45,391 nucleotides of DNA, from the NCBI GenBank assembly GCA_036561205.1, contig DATBPT010000059.1, forward strand, positions 1 through 45,391. Reading direction: 5' to 3'. The position numbers and the translations under genes were made by a program. Positions 43,425 to 45,391 of the stretch are shown here, one piece after another (within the stretch, counting starts at the first letter, position 1; each line of letters starts with the position of its first letter). The stretch is from Solirubrobacterales bacterium. Lineage in GTDB: Bacteria; Actinomycetota; Thermoleophilia; Solirubrobacterales; 70-9. The notes beneath the pieces were generated by a model. The model was not told the DNA's origin. It worked only from the letters and a program-made list of their open reading frames with translations, and made no database searches.

Positions 43425-44666
43425 CTACTCGGTTGCCGCCTGGAGCAGGTTGACGCGACCGAAGCCGAAGCTCGTGTCGCGCCCAGGTGCACCGAGGTCG
43501 TCGACCGCACCGTCGAGCTTGGCGACGATCTGCGCCGCGGTCGCCGACGGGTTGCGGGAGCGGATCAGGGCGACGACGCCGGAGACGTGCGGCGTTGCCA
43601 TCGAGGTGCCCGAGATCGTGTTGTAGGCGCCGTCGTTCCAGGTCGAGGTGACGTTGACGCCCGGCGCGGCGACCTCGACGTCCGCGTTCGCGTTCGAGAA
43701 GCTCGCCCGCTGATCACGGTTGTCGGTTGCCGCAACCGAGACCACGTTCGGGTACGCGGCCGGGTAGTTGAGCGTCGCGTCGCCGTCGTTGCCGGCGGCG
43801 GCGACCAGCACGGCGCCGTTCGCCGCCCCGTTCTTCCACGCGTAGTCGACGGCGTTCTTGAGCGTCGTCGAGGCGCCGCCCCCGAGGCTCATCGAGATCA
43901 CCTTGGCGCCCTTGTCGTAGGCCCAGGTGATGCAGTTGGCGACGTCGGCGGTCGAGCCCGTCCCGAGCGCTCCGCCCAGCGCCTTGCAGATCGCCAGCTG
44001 CGAGTTGAACGAGACCCCGGTGACGCCGATGCCGTTGTTGGCGTTGGCCGTGATCGTGCCGGCGACATGGGTGCCGTGCCCGTTGTCGTCGGCGCAGCTG
44101 CCCTCCTGGATCGTCCCCGAGAGGATCGGCAGCAGCCCCTGCGACCTGGCGCAGTTGGCGAGCTTGCCCGCCAGGTCGGGATGTGCGGCCTGGATCCCGG
44201 TGTCGACGATCCCGACCTTGACCCCGCCGGTGGACGGGAACGAGCCCAACCCGGCCGCGTCCCAGCCTTCGGGGGCGTCGATGTCGGCGTCGGGCGTGCC
44301 GCCGGTCTGGCCGGTGTTGTTGAGTCCGTAGAGCTGGCCGAAGAGCGGATCGTTGGGGATCGCATCGGTGCTCAGGGTCAGATTCGGCTCCGCATAGGCG
44401 ACCAGCGGCGAGCGCTCGAGGCGAGCGGCGACCGAGGCCGGATCGCCGTTGGTGGCGAAGACCGAGGCGCTCGAGTGGCGGATGGTGCCGATCTGGCTAC
44501 CGACGTCGAGGCGCTGGGCGAGCGAGTCGATCGCGTTGGCGCCGGAGGCGGCGCGGTACTTGACGATCACCGACTGCGAGTCGGCGCTCGATGCCGCGGC
44601 GGCGGGGGCGGCGGCGCAGAGCGCCACGGCCAAGCCGAGCAGCACCGTGTTCACGGTCCGGTGCAT
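43425..44666 (-). CDS. Secreted S8 family (subtilisin-like) serine peptidase with I9-like propeptide
   Basis: 413 aa from the internal Met at 44666, giving signal peptide MHRTVNTVLLGLAVALCAAAPAAAA. The catalytic triad is in GIVDTGI, DNGHGTHVAGT and SGTSMATPHVSG. An AAGGGG Shine-Dalgarno lies upstream on the minus strand. Confidence 0.92.
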   Translation of the reverse strand: MHRTVNTVLLGLAVALCAAAPAAAASSADSQSVIVKYRAASGANAIDSLAQRLDVGSQIGTIRHSSASVFATNGDPASVAARLERSPLVAYAEPNLTLSTDAIPNDPLFGQLYGLNNTGQTGGTPDADIDAPEGWDAAGLGSFPSTGGVKVGIVDTGIQAAHPDLAGKLANCARSQGLLPILSGTIQEGSCADDNGHGTHVAGTITANANNGIGVTGVSFNSQLAICKALGGALGTGSTADVANCITWAYDKGAKVISMSLGGGASTTLKNAVDYAWKNGAANGAVLVAAAGNDGDATLNYPAAYPNVVSVAATDNRDQRASFSNANADVEVAAPGVNVTSTWNDGAYNTISGTSMATPHVSGVVALIRSRNPSATAAQIVAKLDGAVDDLGAPGRDTSFGFGRVNLLQAATE

Positions 44667-44700
44667 GGTGGAAACCCCTTTCCCCGTTGGATGACCGTGC

Positions 44701-45222
44701 TTGACTACCCCCGTGGCCGACGATCTCAAACCCGGCGAGCCGATCGATCCGGGCGCCAGGATCGGCCACGTCCACCTCAAGGTCTCCGACATCGACCGCG
44801 CGCTCGGGTTCTACTGCGGTGTGCTCGGGTTCGAGCTGATGCAGCGCTGGGAGGACCAGGCCGCGTTCGTCTCCGCCGGCGGCTATCACCATCACATCGG
44901 GCTCAACACCTGGCAGTCGAAGGGTGGCGGGCCGCCGCCGCCCGGGACGACGGGCCTCTTTCACACGGCGATCCTCTATCCGACCCGGAGGGCGCTCGCC
45001 GTCGCCCTGCGGCGTGTGCAGGAGGCGGGGATCGCGCTCGACGGCGCCTCCGACCACGGAGTCAGCGAGGCGCTCTACCTGCGCGATCCCGATCACAACG
45101 GGGTCGAGCTCTACTGGGATCGACCGCAGGAGCAATGGCCGCGAGATCCCGACGACCCCGAAGGGGTGGCGATGTTCACCGCGCCGCTCAACCTCGGCGA
45201 CCTGCTGAGCGAGCTCGAGTAG
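44701..45222 (+). CDS. VOC (glyoxalase/bleomycin resistance/extradiol dioxygenase) family protein
   Basis: 173 aa. IGHVHLKVSDIDRALGFYCGVLGFEL...GGYHHHIGLNTW...SEALYLRDPDHNGVELYWD. The start is TTG 44701 or GTG 44713. Confidence 0.85.
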   Translation: MTTPVADDLKPGEPIDPGARIGHVHLKVSDIDRALGFYCGVLGFELMQRWEDQAAFVSAGGYHHHIGLNTWQSKGGGPPPPGTTGLFHTAILYPTRRALAVALRRVQEAGIALDGASDHGVSEALYLRDPDHNGVELYWDRPQEQWPRDPDDPEGVAMFTAPLNLGDLLSELE

Positions 45223-45228
45223 CTACAG

Positions 45229-45390
45229 CTAGGGCGCGCTCGGCTTGGGGCAGTTCTGGCGCCGGAACTTGAGCAGGCGTACGTTCGCCTGCGCGACCTC
45301 CTTCGAGGGCTGGCTCGAATCGCCGGCCTCGGCGCGCTGGCGAGCCGACTCGAGCGAGAGCTCGAAGTCGTCGCGGATCTCGGCCGGGGT
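45229..45390 (-). CDS. 3' end of an unidentified minus-strand gene (53 codons plus stop; 5' end outside window)
   Basis: It is not in the ORF track (too short). Hand translation of the reverse strand gives ...TPAEIRDDFELSLESARQRAEAGDSSQPSKEVAQANVRLLKFRRQNCPKPSAP*. Third-position G/C bias is strong. Confidence 0.35.
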   Translation of the reverse strand, partial: TPAEIRDDFELSLESARQRAEAGDSSQPSKEVAQANVRLLKFRRQNCPKPSAP

Positions 45391-45391
45391 G

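Noticed and set aside
44667-44792. Longer N-terminus for the S8 peptidase (start at 44792)
   Set aside because: The extension (MSETLRWTWPILAPGS...) would precede and bury a textbook signal peptide that begins at the Met at 44666. It would also overlap the divergent VOC gene. The internal Met has an AAGGGG Shine-Dalgarno.
43419-45272. 617-aa plus-strand ORF spanning the S8 peptidase region and the VOC gene
   Set aside because: It is antisense to a peptidase with a complete D/H/S triad and signal peptide, and out of frame with the VOC gene. The composition is dominated by R/G/D/A/V.

Overview
This is a very GC-rich bacterial chromosome segment that is almost fully coding; the largest intergenic gap is about 106 nt. 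It carries a long housekeeping synteny block of the type seen in Actinomycetota and Firmicutes. The order is ribE'-ribBA-ribH, rpmB, yloV/fakA-like, recG, rsmD, coaD, yceD, rpmF, plsX, acpP, rnc, smc, ftsY, ffh, rpsP, KH protein, trmD, rplS, lepB, rnhB, yraN, comM, dprA, thiD, ilvD, xerC, a WhiG/FliA-type sigma factor, an EF-G paralogue and rnhA. I found no rRNA, tRNA, CRISPR array, transposase or prophage. Many genes are chained by ATGA/GTGA start-stop overlaps. The long antisense and alternate-frame ORFs in the track have the Arg/Gly/Pro/Ala-rich composition expected of GC-driven artefacts. The most notable observations are: (1) recG is interrupted inside its Walker A motif by a 400-aa intein with class-3 (Trp/Cys/Thr, Ala1) hallmarks and a LAGLIDADG homing endonuclease; (2) the SMC at the canonical rnc-smc-ftsY position is only 793 aa and shows no recognisable hinge domain; (3) an 80-aa protein ending in FFPRAAGG (ThiS/MoaD-like Gly-Gly tail) is coupled to thiD and to a 124-aa protein with a weak E2-reminiscent YPFRP...C segment; (4) a four-gene translationally coupled cassette of mostly unknown function lies at 10.8-13.3 kb. 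Smaller oddities are rimM missing from the rpsP operon, an acidic tail on L19, a split CYTH/CHAD pair, a divergent EF-G paralogue and an inverted yraN. All functional calls come from reading the supplied translations for motifs. No database search was possible.
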